From: Mobula hypostoma | Lineage: Eukaryota | Length of the DNA stretch: 64,000 nucleotides | Assembly (NCBI RefSeq): GCF_963921235.1 | Contig: NC_086101.1 | Span: forward strand, 2,420,001-2,484,000 | Reading direction: 5' to 3' | Program-made: the position numbers and the translations under genes | The notes under the pieces: generated by a model | Told to the model about the DNA's origin: nothing | Seen by the model: the letters and a program-made list of their open reading frames with translations, nothing else | The model's database searches: none | Shown: positions 1-13,159 of the stretch, piece after piece | Position numbering within the stretch: the first letter of the stretch is position 1 | Layout of the letters: each line of letters starts with the position of its first letter

Positions 1-1232
1 GGATGGAATGGGACAGGGAAATCAGACTGCGAGTACTGGGGCCGGGGCAGACACAGAGGAGGATGGAATGGGACAGGGAAATCAGACTGCGAGTACTGGG
101 ACCGGGGCAGACACAGAGGAGGATGGAATGGGACAGGGAAATCAGACTGCGAGTACTGGGACCGGGGCAGACACAGAGGAGGATGGAATGGGACAGAGAA
201 ATCAGACTGCGAGTACTGGGGCCGGGGCAGACACAGAGGAGGATAGGATGGGACAGGGAAATCAGACTGCGAGTACTGGGACCGGGGCAGACACAGAGGA
301 GGATGGAATGGGACAGGGAAATCAGACTGCGAGTACTGGGGCCGGGGCAGACACAGAGGAGGATGGAATGGGACAGGGAAATCAGACTGCGAGTACTGGG
401 ACCGGGGCAGACACAGAGGAGGATGGAATGGGACAGGGAAATCAGACTGCGAGTACTGGGGCCGGGGCAGACACAGAGGAGGATGGAATGGGACAGGGAA
501 ATCAGACTGCGAGTACTGGGGCCGGGGCAGACACAGAGGAGGATAGGATGGGACAGGGAAATCAGACTGCGAGTACTGGGACCGGGGCAGACACAGAGGA
601 GGATGGAATGGGACAGAGTAATCAGACTGCGAGTACTGGGACCGGGGCAGACACAGAGGAGGATGGAATGGGACAGGGAAATCAGACTGCGAGTACTGGG
701 ACCGGGGCAGACACAGAGGAGGATGGAATGGGACAGGGAAATCAGACTGCGCGTACTGGGGCCGGGGCAGACACAGAGGAGGATGGAATGGGACAGAGAA
801 ATCAGACTGCGAGTACTGGGGCCGGGGCAGACACAGAGGAGGATAGGATGGGACAGGGAAATCAGACTGCGAGTACTGGGACCGGGGCAGACACAGAGGA
901 GGATGGAATGGGACAGGGAAATCAGACTGCGAGTACTGGGGCCGGGGCAGACACAGAGGAGGATGGAATGGGACAGAGAAATCAGACTGCGAGTACTGGG
1001 GCCGGGGCAGACACAGAGGAGGATGGAATGGGACAGGGAAATCAGACTGCGAGTACTGGGGCTGGGGCAGACACAGAGGAGGATGGAATGGGACAGGGAA
1101 ATCAGACTGCGAGTACTGGGACCGGGGCAGACAGAGGAGGATGGAATGGGACAGGGAAATCAGACTGCGAGTACTGGGACCGGGGCAGACAGAGGAGGAT
1201 GGAATGGGACAGGGAAATCAGACTGTGAGTAC
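1..1232. repeat. 60-bp tandem repeat, about 20 copies, running off the left edge
   Basis: Unit ggatggaatgggacagggaaatcagactgcgagtactggg(g/a)ccggggcagacacagagga repeats line by line; the last units are 58 bp. Confidence 0.98.
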
Positions 1233-1237
1233 TGAAC

Positions 1238-4200
1238 AGTGAAGGGAACAGACAGGAGATTCTGATGGTATGTTGCCTCCCAGGTGCCAGGATCAGGGAC
1301 GTCCACAACATTTTGGCGGAGGAGGGAGAGCAGCCAGATGTCTTGGTACACATTGGTACCAGTGACATAGGAAGGAAAAACAAAGAGGTCCTGGAAAGAG
1401 AATTTAGAGAGCGAGGTAGAAAGCTGAGAAGCAGGACCTCCCAGGTAGTAATTTCTGGGTTGCTGCCTGTGCCACGCAGCAGTGAGGGCAGAAACGGGAT
1501 GATTTGGCAGATAACTGCGTGGCTGAGAAGCTGGTGCAGGGGGCAGGGCTTCAGGTACTTGGATCATTGGGATCTCTTCTGGGGAAATATGACATGTTCA
1601 GAAATGACGAGCTGCACCTGAACCCGAGGGGAACCAATATCCTCGCGGGTAGGTTTGTTAGAGCTGTTGCGTTAGGGACTCAGGATAGGACGGATAGTAA
1701 AAAAGCAAAGATAGCCTGAAGTCAGATGACAGGCTGAGTATCAGTGCATTCGGGATGCAGAATTAAAAAGGATAGCAAATACAGTCCACAAAGTGTAATT
1801 TCTCAATCCATGGAGTATAAGAAATAAGGTGGATAATCTTGTTGCACTATTACAAATTGCCAGGTATGATGTTGTGGCCATCACTGAATCGTGGCTGAAG
1901 GATGGTTGTAGTTGGGAGCTGAATGTCCAAGGCTACACGTTATATCGGAGGGATAGGAAGGTAGACAGAGGGGGTGGTGTGGCTCTACTGGTAAAGAATG
2001 GCATCAAATCAGTAGAAAGATTTGACATAGGATCGGAAGATGTCAAATCCTTGAGTGAAGATATGGGTAAAAGGACTCTGATGACAGTTATATACAGGCC
2101 TCCAATCAGTAACTGGGATGTGGACCACAGGTTACAACAGGAAATAGAAAAGATGAGTCAAAAGGGCAATGTTGTGGTAGTCATGGGAGATTTCAACATG
2201 CAGGTTGATTGGGAAAATCAGGTTGGTAATGCATCTCAAGAGAGTGAGTTTGTTGAATGCCTAAGAGTTGGCTTTTTAGAGCAGTTTGTCATTGAGCCTA
2301 CAAGGGGATCAGCTATTCTGGATTGGGTGTTATGTAATGAACCAGAGGCTATTAGGGAATTTAAAGTAAAAGAACCCTTAGGAACCAGTGATCACAATAT
2401 GACTGAGTTCAACTTGAAATCTGATGTCTGATGTAGCAGTATTTCAGTAGGGTAAAGGAAATTACAGTGGAATGAGAGAGGAGTTGGCCAAAGTAAATTG
2501 GAAGGAGCTGCTGGCAGGGATGACAGCAGAGCAGTAACGATGTGAGTTTCTGGGAAAAATTAAGGAAGGTGCAGGACAGATGTATTCCAAAAATGAAGAA
2601 ATATTCAAATGACAAAACAGTACAACCGTGGCTGACAAGGGAAGTTAAAGCTAATGTAAAACCAAAAGAAAGGGCATACCACAGTTCAAAAATTAGTGGG
2701 AAGACAGAAGATTGGGAAGCTTCTAAAAACCTACGTAGAGTAACGAAAAGTCATTAAGAGGGAAAAGTTGAAATGTGATAACGAGCTAGCAAACAATATC
2801 AAAGTGGATAGTAAAAGCTTTTTCAAGTATGTAAAATATGAAAGAGAGATGAGAGTAGATATGGGACTGCTAGTAAATGAGGCTGGAGAAACAATAACGG
2901 GGGCCAAGGAGATGTCAGATGAAGTAAATGAGTATTTTGCATCAACCTTCTCTGTGGAAGACACTAGCAATGTGTTGATGGATGTGAAGGAAGAGAAGTG
3001 AGTGCAGTTACTATTACAAGGGGGAAAGTGCTCAAAGACCCGCAAGAACTAAGGGCACACAAGTCACCCAGGCCAGATGAACTGCAGCCTAGAGTTTTGA
3101 AAGAGGTAGCATTCGAGATTGTGGAGGCATTAGTAATGATCTTTCAAGAACCATTGGATTCTGGCATGGTGCCAGAGGACTGGAAAACTGCAAGGATCAC
3201 TCCACTCCTTATGACAGGAGGGAGGCAGCAGAAAGGAAATTATACATCAGTTAGCCTGACCTCAGTGTTAGAGTCAATCGATAAGGATGAGGTGATGGAG
3301 TACTTGGTGACACAAGACAAGATGGTACAAAGTCAGCATGGTTTCCTTCAGTGAAAATCCTGTCTGACAAACCTGCGGGAATTCTTTGAGGGGATTACAA
3401 GTGGGATAGATAGAGAAGATGCAGTGGATGTTGTATATTTGGACTTTCAGAAGGCCTTTGACAAGCTGTCACACACGAGGTCATTTAACAAGTTAAGAGC
3501 CCATGGTGTTACAGGAAAATTACTGGCATGGTTTGAGCATTGGCTGATTGGCAGGAGGCAGTGAGTGGGAATAAAAGGATCCTTTTCTGCTTGGCTGCCA
3601 GTGACTCATGATGTTCCACAGGGGTTGGTGTTGAGACCACTTCTTTTTAAGCTGTATACCAATAATTTAGATGATGGAATAGGTGGCTTTGTTGCCAAGT
3701 TTGCAGATGATACAAATTTTGGTGGAGGGGCAGGTAGCATTGAGGAAACAGGAAGGCTGCAGAAGGACTTGGACAGATTAGGAGAATTGGCAAGAAAGTG
3801 GCAAATGAAATACAATGTTGGAAAATGCATGGTCACACACTTTGGTTACAGAAATAATTGTGCAAACAATTTTCTAAACGGGGAGAAAATCCAAAAATCT
3901 GAGATGCAAAGAAACTTGTGCAGAACACCCGAAAGGTTAACTTGCATGTTGAGTTGGTGGTGAGGAAGGCAAATGCAATTTTAACATTGATTTCAAAAGG
4001 TGTAGAATACAAGAGCAGGGATGTGATGCTGAGGCTTTATAAGGCACTGGTGAGGCCTCACCTTGAGTATTGTGAACAGTTTCGGGCTCCTTATCTAAAA
4101 AAAGGTGGACTAGCATTGAAGAGGATCCAAAGGAGGTTCACAAGGATGATTCTGGGAATGAAAGGGTTATCATATGAGGAACATTTGGTGGTTCTGGGTC

Positions 4201-4462
4201 TGCACTCCCATGATAGGGGAGTCTAGGACAAGAGGGCACAGCCTCAGGATAGAGGGGTGTCCATTTAAAACAGATGCAGAGAAATTTCTTTAGCCAAAGG
4301 GTGGTGAATTTGGGGAATTTGTTACCACAGGCAGCTGTGGAGGCCAGGTTGTTGGGTGTGTTTAAGGCAGAGCTAAACAGGTTCTTGATCAGACATGTCA
4401 TCAAAGGTTACAGGGAGAAGGCTGGCGAGTGGGGCTGAGGAGAGGAAGAAAGCATCAGCCAT
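1238..4462 (+). mobile_element. Degraded CR1 LINE (ORF1 SGNH-esterase C-terminal part, ORF2 APE endonuclease and RT)
   Basis: CCLPGAR...VHIGTSD...LHLNPRG (ORF1); VAITESWL, GGGVALLV, MGDFN, SDHN (endonuclease); KFADDT and RPHLEYC (RT). Many stops and frameshifts. Confidence 0.93.
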
Positions 4463-4477
4463 GTTTGAAGGTTTGCT

Positions 4478-4630
4478 CACCATGGGAAACATCCTTTTCA
4501 TATCTACTCCGTCTACATCTTCCAACATTGAAAAGGTTTCAATGAGATCTCCCCTCATCCTTCTAAATTCCAGTGAGTACAGACCCAGAGCTATCAAATG
4601 TTCTTCGTATGATAACCCTTTCATTTCTGG
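4478..4630 (-). mobile_element. CR1 ORF2 3' fragment, inverted relative to its neighbours
   Basis: Minus-strand translation MKGLSYEEHLIALGLYSLEFRRMRGDLIETF. Confidence 0.85.
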
Positions 4631-6360
4631 AATAATAGGGGAGAAAGAAATGGCAGATGAACTTAATAAGTATCTTGCCACAGTCTTTAATGTGGAAGAC
4701 ACTAGCAGTATGCCAGAGGTCCGTGAGTGTCAGGGAGCGGGAGTGAGTGTCATTGCTATTACAAAGGAAAATGTGCTAGTCAAACTGAAAAGTCTGGATG
4801 TGGATAAGTCACCTGGACCAGACAAACTACGGCCCAAAGTCCTGAGAGAGGTTGCTGAAGAGATAATGGATGCATTGGTCATGATCTTTCAAGAATCACT
4901 TGATTTTGGCATGGTCCCAGAGAACTGGAAGATTGCAAATACCACTCCGCTCTTTAAGAAAGGAGGAAGGCAAAAGAAAAGAAATTATAGGTCAATTAGC
5001 CTAACCTCAGTGGTTGGGAAAGTGTTGGTGTTTATTATTAAGGTTGAGGTTTTGGGAACTTGGAGACTAACGATAAAATAAGTCAAGGTCAGTATGGTTT
5101 CTGTAAAGGGGATTCTTGCCTGACAGATCTGTTAAGAGTTCTTCGAGGAAGTGACAAGCAGGGTTGACAAAGGAGAGGCAGTGGATGCCACTTACTTAAT
5201 TTTTCAGAAAGCAATTGATAAGATGCCTCATATGAGGCTGCTTAACAAGATTAAATCTTATGGTGTTACAGGAAATATACTGGCATGGATAGAGACATGG
5301 CTGACAGGCAGGAGGCAGAGAGTGGAAAGAAAAGGGGCCTTTTCTGATTGGCTACTAGTGACTAGTGGTGATTTTCAGGGGTCAGTATTGGGACCGCTAC
5401 TTTTCACATTGTTTGTCAGTGATTTAGATAATGGAATTGATGGCTTTGTGGCAAAGTTTGCGGATGATACAAAGATAGGTGGAGGGGTAGGTAGTGCTGA
5501 GGAAGCAAGCGATTGCAGCAGAACTTAAGAGAAATTGGTAGAATGGGCAAAAAAGTAGCAGATGGAATACAATGCTGGGAAATGTATGATAATGCATTTT
5601 GGTAAAAGGAACAACAGTGCAGACTATTACCTAAATGGGGAGAAGGTTCAAACATCAGAGGTGCAGAGGGACTTGGGAGTTCTCGTGCAAGACTCCCAGA
5701 AGGTTAATTTACAGTTTGAGTCTGGGGTAAAGAAGGTAAATAAAATGCTGGAATTTATTTGAAGGGGAATAGAATATAAAAGCAAGGAGGTAATGCTGAG
5801 CCTTTATAAGACACTAGTCAGGCCGCATTTGGAGTATTGTCAACTGTTTTGTGGCCCATATCTCAGAACGGATGTGTTATCATTGGAGGGAGTCCAGGGG
5901 AAGTTCACGGGGATGATTCCAGGAATGAAGAGGTAAACATATGAGGAGGGTTTGGCAGCTTTGGGCCTGTATTCACTGGAATTTAGAAGAATGCTGGGGG
6001 ATCTCACTGAAAGGACTAGACAGCTTGGATGTGAAGAGGATGGTTCCTCTGGTGGGAGTATCCACAACTAGGGGGCACAGCCTCAATACTGAAAGGTGAC
6101 CTTTTAGAACAGAAATAAGGAGGAATTATTTTTTAGACAAAGTGTGGTGAACCTGTGGAATGCTCTATCACAGACTGCAACCAAGTCCGTGAGTATTTTT
6201 AAGCGGAAGTTGGTAGATTCCTGACTGGTTGGGACATCAAGGGATAAGGTGAGAGGGCAAGTGTGTGGGGTTGAGTGGGATCCAGGATCATCCATGATGG
6301 AATGGCGGAGCGAAATCGATGGGCTGAATGGCCTAATTCTGCCCCTCTCTCTTATGGTCG
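4631..6360 (+). mobile_element. 5'-truncated degraded CR1 LINE (RT to 3' UTR)
   Basis: KSPGPD, WKIANTTPLFKKG, QGSVLGPLLF, KFADDTK. CR1-type 3' end gggctgaatggcctaattctg near 6320-6360. Confidence 0.92.
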
Positions 6361-6399
6361 TATATAATTACTGTAATTGATTTATTTATCTATATTTTT

Positions 6400-6488
6400 C
6401 TATATCATGTATTGTGTTGAACTGCTGCTGCTAAGTTAACAAATTTCACAACATGTGCTGCTGATACTAAACCGGATTTTGATTCTGC
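6400..6488 (+). mobile_element. Recurrent LINE 3'-tail fragment (Rex1-associated)
   Basis: Motif ttgaactgctgctgctaagttaacaaatttc...gattctg also occurs at about 26650-26730 (end of a Rex1-like LINE) and about 43570-43640. Confidence 0.65.
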
Positions 6489-6494
6489 TCAGGA

Positions 6495-7266
6495 CTGGGA
6501 AATAAAAGATGAGGAGTCAGGGTAAGAAGGTGGGGTGGGGGGTGGGGGGGGGAGAGAAGGGGATGAAGATGTACAAGTTGGTCATTGTTCGGTGAAACCG
6601 GGAGAGGGGGAGGAGGAGGGATGAAGTAAAGAGCCGGGAAGTTGATAGATGAAAGAGATAAAGGGCTGGAGAAGGGGAAACCTGATAGGAGAGGACAGCA
6701 GGCCATGGAAGAAAGGGAAAGGGGGAGGACCACCCCAGGGAGGTGATGGGCAGGTCAGGAGACAAGGTGAGAGAAGGAAATGGGAATGGTGAGAGGAGGG
6801 GGTCCATTACCAGATGTTTGAGAAGTTGAGAAGGTTGGAGGCTACCCAAAAGGATTATTATAACAGGGCATGGACTGACATGTTGGAATGGGAATGGGAA
6901 GTGGTATTGAATTAGCTGGCCAGCGGGAGAACCTGCTTTTTCTGACAAATGGAGCATAGGTGCCTGCCCCTTCACCATTCTCGCTTACCCCTCTCACCTC
7001 ATCTCCACACCTACCAATCACCTCCCCTCCCATGTGTCCTCTCCTGTCAGATTCTCCCTTCTCCAGCCCTTTATCTCTTTCACCAACCTCCCAGCTCTTT
7101 AGTTCACCCCTCACCTACCATCTTCTATTTCTTCTTCCCCTCCCACCACCTTCTTACTCTGACCTCTCATCTTGTTGAAGGGTCTCGGCCCAAAATGCTG
7201 ACTGTACTCTTTTCCATCGACGCTGCCTAGCCTGCTGAGTTCCTCCAGCATTTTGTGCGTGTTGCT
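6495..7266. mobile_element. Two decayed Penelope-like 3'/terminal-repeat fragments in opposite orientations
   Basis: 6495-6960 (-) and 6960-7266 (+) resemble 31450-32034; decayed hammerhead-like segment at about 7170-7204. Confidence 0.7.
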
Positions 7267-7267
7267 T

Positions 7268-8020
7268 AGAAAACCATAGAAAAACTACAGCATAGAAACA
7301 GGCCTTTTGGCCCTTCTTGGCTGTGCTGGACCACTTTCTGCCTAGTCCCACTGACCTGCACACGGACCATATCCCTCCATACACCTCCCATCCATGTATC
7401 TGTCCAATTTATTCTTAAATGTTAAAAAAGAACCCGCATTTACCACCTCGTTCTGCAGCTCATTCCATACTCCCACCACTCTCTGTGTGAAGAAGCCCCC
7501 CTAATGTTCCCTTTAAACTTTCCCCCCCTCACCCTAAACCCATGTCCTCTGGTTTTTTTCTCCCCTTCAGTGGAAAAAGCCTGCTTGCATTCACTATCTA
7601 TACCCATCATAATTGTATATACCTCTATCAAATCTCCCCTCATTCTTCTACACTCCAGGGAATAAAGTCCTAACCTATTCAACCTTTCTCTGTAACTGAG
7701 TTTCTCAAGTCCCAGCAACATCCTTGTAAACCTTCTCTGCACTCTTTCAACCTTATTTATATCCTTCCTGTAATTTGGTGACCAAAACTGAACACAATAC
7801 TCCAGATTCGGCCTCACCAATGCCTTATACAACCTCATCATAACATTCCAGCTCTTATACTCAATACTTTGATTAATAAAGGCCAATGTACCAAAAGCTC
7901 TCTTTACGACCCTATCTACTTGTGACGCCACTTTTAGGGAATTTTGTATCTGTTTTCCCAGATCCCTCTGTTCCACTGCACTTCTCAGTGCCTTACCATT
8001 AACCCTGTATGTTCTACCTT
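7268..8020 (-). mobile_element. CR1 LINE 3' portion
   Basis: ORF 7440-7976: LVRPNLEYCVQFWSP, LGLYSLECRRMRGDLIE. Tail-like catagaaa repeats at about 7270-7300. Confidence 0.92.
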
Positions 8021-8284
8021 GTTAAGCAAGTTAAGCAAAGACAGTTAAGCAAATGGTCAATATGCACAAATGATACGCCAGTTCTGTATAAGCACAGCAA
8101 TTTTTGTTCCAGCTTCAGCGAACATGCTGGGCTCTTTGTGCACGGGTGAAGTAAAACATGTCTGCGCGGTAGAGTGCGTGTGTTCAGTTATTACTGGCAA
8201 TGAGATTGTGGGGCGGTGTCTGTGTAGGGCGAGGAGGGTATTGCAATGACCCCAGGCTATGGACACCACACCCCATGAGCTCAC

Positions 8285-8355
8285 CTCCTGCACAATGGTA
8301 TTCTCTGTCAGTTGCGTCTCCAGCTTCTGACGTGCCGACAGGCACCGGCTCAGCT
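8285..8355 (-). CDS. PFDN6: Prefoldin subunit 6, coding exon 2 (ELSRCLSARQKLETQLTENTIVQE)
   Basis: Resembles human DLSKSMSGRQKLEAQLTENNIVKE. Acceptor tctctccccacag and donor GTGAGC. 71 nt; exon 1 G + AG gives GAG (Glu), in frame with exon 1. Confidence 0.93.
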
Positions 8356-8577
8356 CTGTGGGGAGAGACATAATAAGGTGGGGGAACACACTTTTGGGGG
8401 CAAGGGGGGGGGACAAATACACTTGGGAAAGGAGGAGAGACATTAGTGAGGGGAGAGACATTGAGAGGGAGTAGACTGGAAAGTAGTGAGAGACACTGGG
8501 TTCAAACACAGAACACACCCAAAACTACCCTTCTGTCTGTATGTATGTATCTCTCTCTCTCTCTCACACACACACAC

Positions 8578-9785
8578 TCACCACCCTCTGGCTAAAGAAA
8601 TTTCTGCATCTCTGTTCTGTTTTAAAACAGATGCCCCTCTATCCTGAGGCTGTGCCCTCTTGTCCTAGACTCCCCCACCATGGGAAACATCCTTACCACA
8701 TCTACTCTGTCTAGGCTTTTCAGCATTTGAAAAGTTTCAATGAGATTCCGCCCCCCCCCCCGCCATCCTTCTGAATTCTAGTGAGTACAGACCCAGAGCC
8801 ATCAAATGTTCCTCGTATGATAACCCTTTCAATCCCGCAGTCATCCTTCTGAACCTCCTCTGGACCCTGCCCAATTCCAGCAAATTTTTTTCTTAGATGA
8901 GGAGCCCAAAACTGTTCACAATACTTAGGGTGAGGCCTCACCAGTGCCTCATAAAGCCTCAGCATCACATCCCTGCTCTTGTATTCTAGATCTCTTGAAA
9001 TGAATGCTAACATGCCATTTGCCTTCCTCACCACCGACTCTACCTGCAAGTTAACCTTTAGGGTGTTCTGCACAAGGACTCCCAGGTCCCTCTGCATCTC
9101 AGATTTTTGGATTTTCTCTCCATCTAGAAAATAGTCTGCACATTAATTTCTTCAACCAAAGTGCATGACCATACATTTTCCAACATTGTATTTCATTTGC
9201 CACTTTCTTGCCCATTCTCCTAATCTGTCTAAGTCCTGCAGCCTACCTGTTTCCTCAACACTACCTGCCCCTCCACCAATCTTTGTATCATCTGCAAACT
9301 TGGCAACAAAGCCATCTACTCCATCATCTAAAGCATTGATATACACCATAACAAGCAGTCCCAGACCTGGCAGCCAACGATTCCCACTCATTGCCTCCTA
9401 CCAATCAGCCAATGCTCTAACCATGCCAGTAACTTTCCTGTATTATCATGGGCTCTTAACTTGGTAAGCAGCCTCATGTGTGGCACAGAGTGTGGTGAGT
9501 GTGTGGAATGGGCTGCCAGCGATGGTGGTGGAGGCGGATACAACAGGGTCTTTTAAGAGACTCTTGGATAGCTTAGAAAAATAGAGGGTTATGGGTAACC
9601 CTGGGTAATTTCTAAAGTACCTGTTCAGCACAGCATTGTGGGTCAAAGGGCCTGTATTGTGCTGTAGGCTTTCTATGTTTCTACCTTGTCAAAGGCCTTC
9701 TGAAAGTCCAAATATACATCCACTGCATCTCCTTTATCTATCCTTCTTGTAATCTTCTGAAAGAATTCCAACAGGTTTGTAGGCC
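8578..9785 (-). mobile_element. Degraded CR1 RT, interrupted by a short plus-strand CR1 3' end at about 9487-9683
   Basis: KFADDTKIGG, EKWQMKYNVGKC-like, LVRPH motifs. Host sequence gtgtggcac resumes as cttgtcaaaggcc after the insert. Confidence 0.88.
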
Positions 9786-9789
9786 ACTT

Positions 9790-11220
9790 CACCCTTGAAC
9801 CTACCCCCTCTCACCCTTCCATGCATGCCCTCTGGTATTAGACATTTCAACCCTGGGAAACAGATACTGTCTGTCTACCCTATCAATGCCTCTCATAATC
9901 GTATAAACCTCTCTCAGACCTCCCCTCAGCATCCGCCGCTTCAGAGTAAACAACCCAAGTTTATCCAGCCTCTCGTGATAGCACATGCTCTCCAAACCAG
10001 GCAGCATCCTGGTAAACCTCTTCTGCACCCTCTTCAAAGCCTCGTCAGCCCTCCTATAACTGTGTACACAATACTCCAAATGTGGCCTAACCAGAGTTTT
10101 ATAAAGTTGCAACTAACCTCTTGACTTTTGAACCCAATGCCTTTACTAATAAAAGCATAAGCCTTCTTAACCACCTTATCGACCTGTGTAGCCACTTTCA
10201 AAGAGCTAAGAACTTCGATCCCAAGATCTCCCTGCTTAGCAACACCGTTAAGGAACTTGCCCTTAACAGTGTACTGTCTCCTTGCATTTGTCCTACTGAG
10301 GTGCAACATCTCACAGTTACCTAGGTTACACTCAATCTGCCATTTCTCAGCCCATATCTGCAGATTGTCTATATGGTGCCGTATTCTTTGCCAGTCTTCT
10401 ACACCATCCACAACTGCACCAGTCTTGGTATCAACACACCCATCTACATTTTCATCCAGGTCATTTATATACATCACAAACAGCAGAGGTCCCCGTGGAA
10501 CTCCACTAATTACAGACCTCCAACCCAGAACAGTCCCTTCAATCACTACCCTCCGTCTCCTGTGCGCAAGCCAGTTCCGAATCCAGACAGACAATTCTCT
10601 GTGGACCCCATGCATCTTAACCTTCTGGATTAGCCTCCCATGAGGGACTTTGTCAAACGCCTTACTAAAATCCATGTAGACAATATCTACTGCCCTATCC
10701 TCATCAACCTCTCTCATCACCATGTCACAAAACTCAATTAAGTTGGTGAGGCATGCCCTGCCACGCACAAGCCCAATGCTGGCTCTCCCCAGTTAGGTCA
10801 CGGGTTCCCAAATACTCATATATCCAAGAATTTCCATCAGCATCTTCCCTACAACTGAGGTGAGACACACCGGTCTATAGATCCTAGGATTTTCCCTCGT
10901 TCCCTTCTTAAGTAGAGATACAACATTAGCCACTCGTCAGTCCTTCAGGACCCCACCTGTGACTAGAGAGGACATGAAGATACTGGCCAAGGGCCTGGTC
11001 TCTTGCCTCCTTCAATAACCTGGAGAAAATCCCATCAGGTCATGGAGACTTAACCATCTTAATACTCATTAGGAAGCCCAACACTTCCTCCTGCTTGACC
11101 TTTAAACGCCCTGACGTGTTTATACACTCAGCACAGATCTCCTGGTCCTCGAAATCCTTTTCCTTGGTAAAGTACTCATTAACTACCTCATTCACATTCT
11201 CCACATCCAAGCAATTGACC
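9790..11220 (-). mobile_element. Degraded CR1 RT
   Basis: CLTNLIEF, YMDFSKAFDKVPH, YINDLDE, LVRPHLEYC. Confidence 0.9.
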
Positions 11221-11289
11221 AAGGATTTTTTATGATATATATTCATACATACACATAAATATATAGAGACAGATATACACATACACACA

Positions 11290-12822
11290 GCAGAGAATGC
11301 GATTTCTCCGGCCCTTCACTCTGTTCTAGGACATCAGGACCACAGCAACTTGTACATCAGGCTGCTGTTCATCGACTGCAGCTCAGCACCATCCCCTCTA
11401 AACATAGAACAGAGGCCTGAGCAGCCCCTTCAGCCCACAATGTTGTGCCGAACCAATTAAATTACTAATCAAATGGCCAACTAAACTAATCCCCTCTGCC
11501 GACACAACGTCCACTTTCCTCACATTTATGTGCCTATCTGAACATCTCTTAGAAGTCCCGAATGTTTCTGCCTCTACCGGCACCCCAGGCACCCACCACT
11601 CTCTGTGCAAATAAACGTCCCCCACATCTCCTTTGAAATTACCCTCTTTCACCCGAAATGCATGTCCTCTGGCATTTCAACCCTGGGAGAAAGATACTCC
11701 CTGTCTACCATATCTATGCCTCTCAAAATATTATAAACCTCTATCAGATCTCTGACACTCCGGAGAAAACAACCCGTTTGTCCAACCTCTCGTTGGAGCA
11801 CACGCCCTCTAAACCAGGCAGCATCCTGGTAAACCTCTTCTGCACCGTCTCCAAAGCCTCGTCATCCTTCCTATAACAGGGTGACCGGAACTGGATGCAA
11901 TTCTCCAGATAAAGCCCAACCAGAGTTTTATAAACTTCCTGACTTTTGAATTTGATGTGCCTCGACTAATAGCATGCCATGTGTCTTCCTAACCAGCCTC
12001 TCAACCTGTGCAGCCACTTTCAGGAAGCTACGAATGTGGACCCCCAAGAACACGATGCCCATCAACACAGTTAAGGGTCTTAACAGAAAAACCCATCTTC
12101 AAGCTTCAGGATCTTTACCTCTGTACCTGGATCCTCAGCTCGTTCATCAGGAGAACAGAGCCAGTGAACATTTTGTCCTCACTGGAGCACCTCGTGGCTG
12201 AGTGCTTAGTCCCCCGCTCTACTCCGTTCAGACGTTACTGTGTGGGTAAGCACAGCTCTAAAGGCGTACACAAATTCGCTGACGACACCACAGCTGTGGG
12301 ACAAACCACAGGTTGTGATCAGCTCGCCGGAATGAGACGGGTCACCTGCCTGAGCGACAACCTCTCGCTCAATAGCAGCAGAACCGAAGAGTTTTGGTAT
12401 GGAGGGGAGGGCCCGCTGCACAGGATCAGAAAAAGCAGGAAGTTGCAAACTCAGCCAGCTCCACCAAGAGCACTCCCCGACATTCAGGACATCTTCAAAA
12501 GGTGGTGCTTCAAAAAACTGGCATCCACCATTCATCACCCACGACATCATCACCCTCCTCTCATTGCTACCATCAAGGAGAAGACACTGGAGCCTGAAGA
12601 CTCAAACCCAATGTTTCAGGAACGGCTTCTTCCCCTCTGCCATCAGACTTCTGAATGGACGTTGAACCCAGGAACACTACCTCACTACATTTTGCACTGC
12701 TGATTTAATTTATTTTCACATATACTTATTGCAAGTTAATTTTTTAAATTATGTATTGCAATGTACAACAAATTTCCCAACATGCTGTACCCCAGTGATA
12801 GTCAACCGGACTGGGACTCTGA
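11290..12822 (+). mobile_element. Highly degraded Rex1/Babar-type LINE, interrupted by a minus-strand CR1 3' fragment at about 11400-12080
   Basis: IRLLFIDCSSA near 11360; KFADDTTAVG, NLSLN and FRNGFFPSAIRLLN downstream; tail motif near 12780-12820. Confidence 0.72.
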
Positions 12823-13159
12823 GCTGACCGTTGACGTCAGGGAGGGAGAAGCAGGGTGAACACAAACAGTCTACCTTGGGGATCGGCAGTTTAAAGTCAG
12901 GACTCCTGGCACATCAGGCTCAGCACACAGAAGCAATCTGACAGAAATTCCACCAGCATCTTTACAAAGGTTTGGTTTATTGTGTAACTTCCACTGAGGT
13001 ACTGTTGAAGGTATTCTGGCTGATGGCATCACACCTCGAATGCGCAACACAAGCAGCTGTGGAGTGCAGCAGGCATCACGGAAACATCGGTAGTTTCTAC
13101 AGGATCTGCTATCACCAAGGAGCTTCAGGAACAGCTACTTCCCTTCAATCACCCTCTTC

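Noticed and set aside
3..1235. 410-aa and 406-aa repeat ORFs
   Set aside because: Translations of a 60-bp tandem repeat, open in two frames; no gene structure.
4478..4630. Twin-priming 5' inversion of the downstream CR1
   Set aside because: The inverted piece duplicates a region still present in the downstream copy (about 5920-6060), so it is a separate fragment.
1..8284. PFDN6 exons 3-4
   Set aside because: No FKLxGPVLVKQ-like sequence recognised; probably beyond the left edge.
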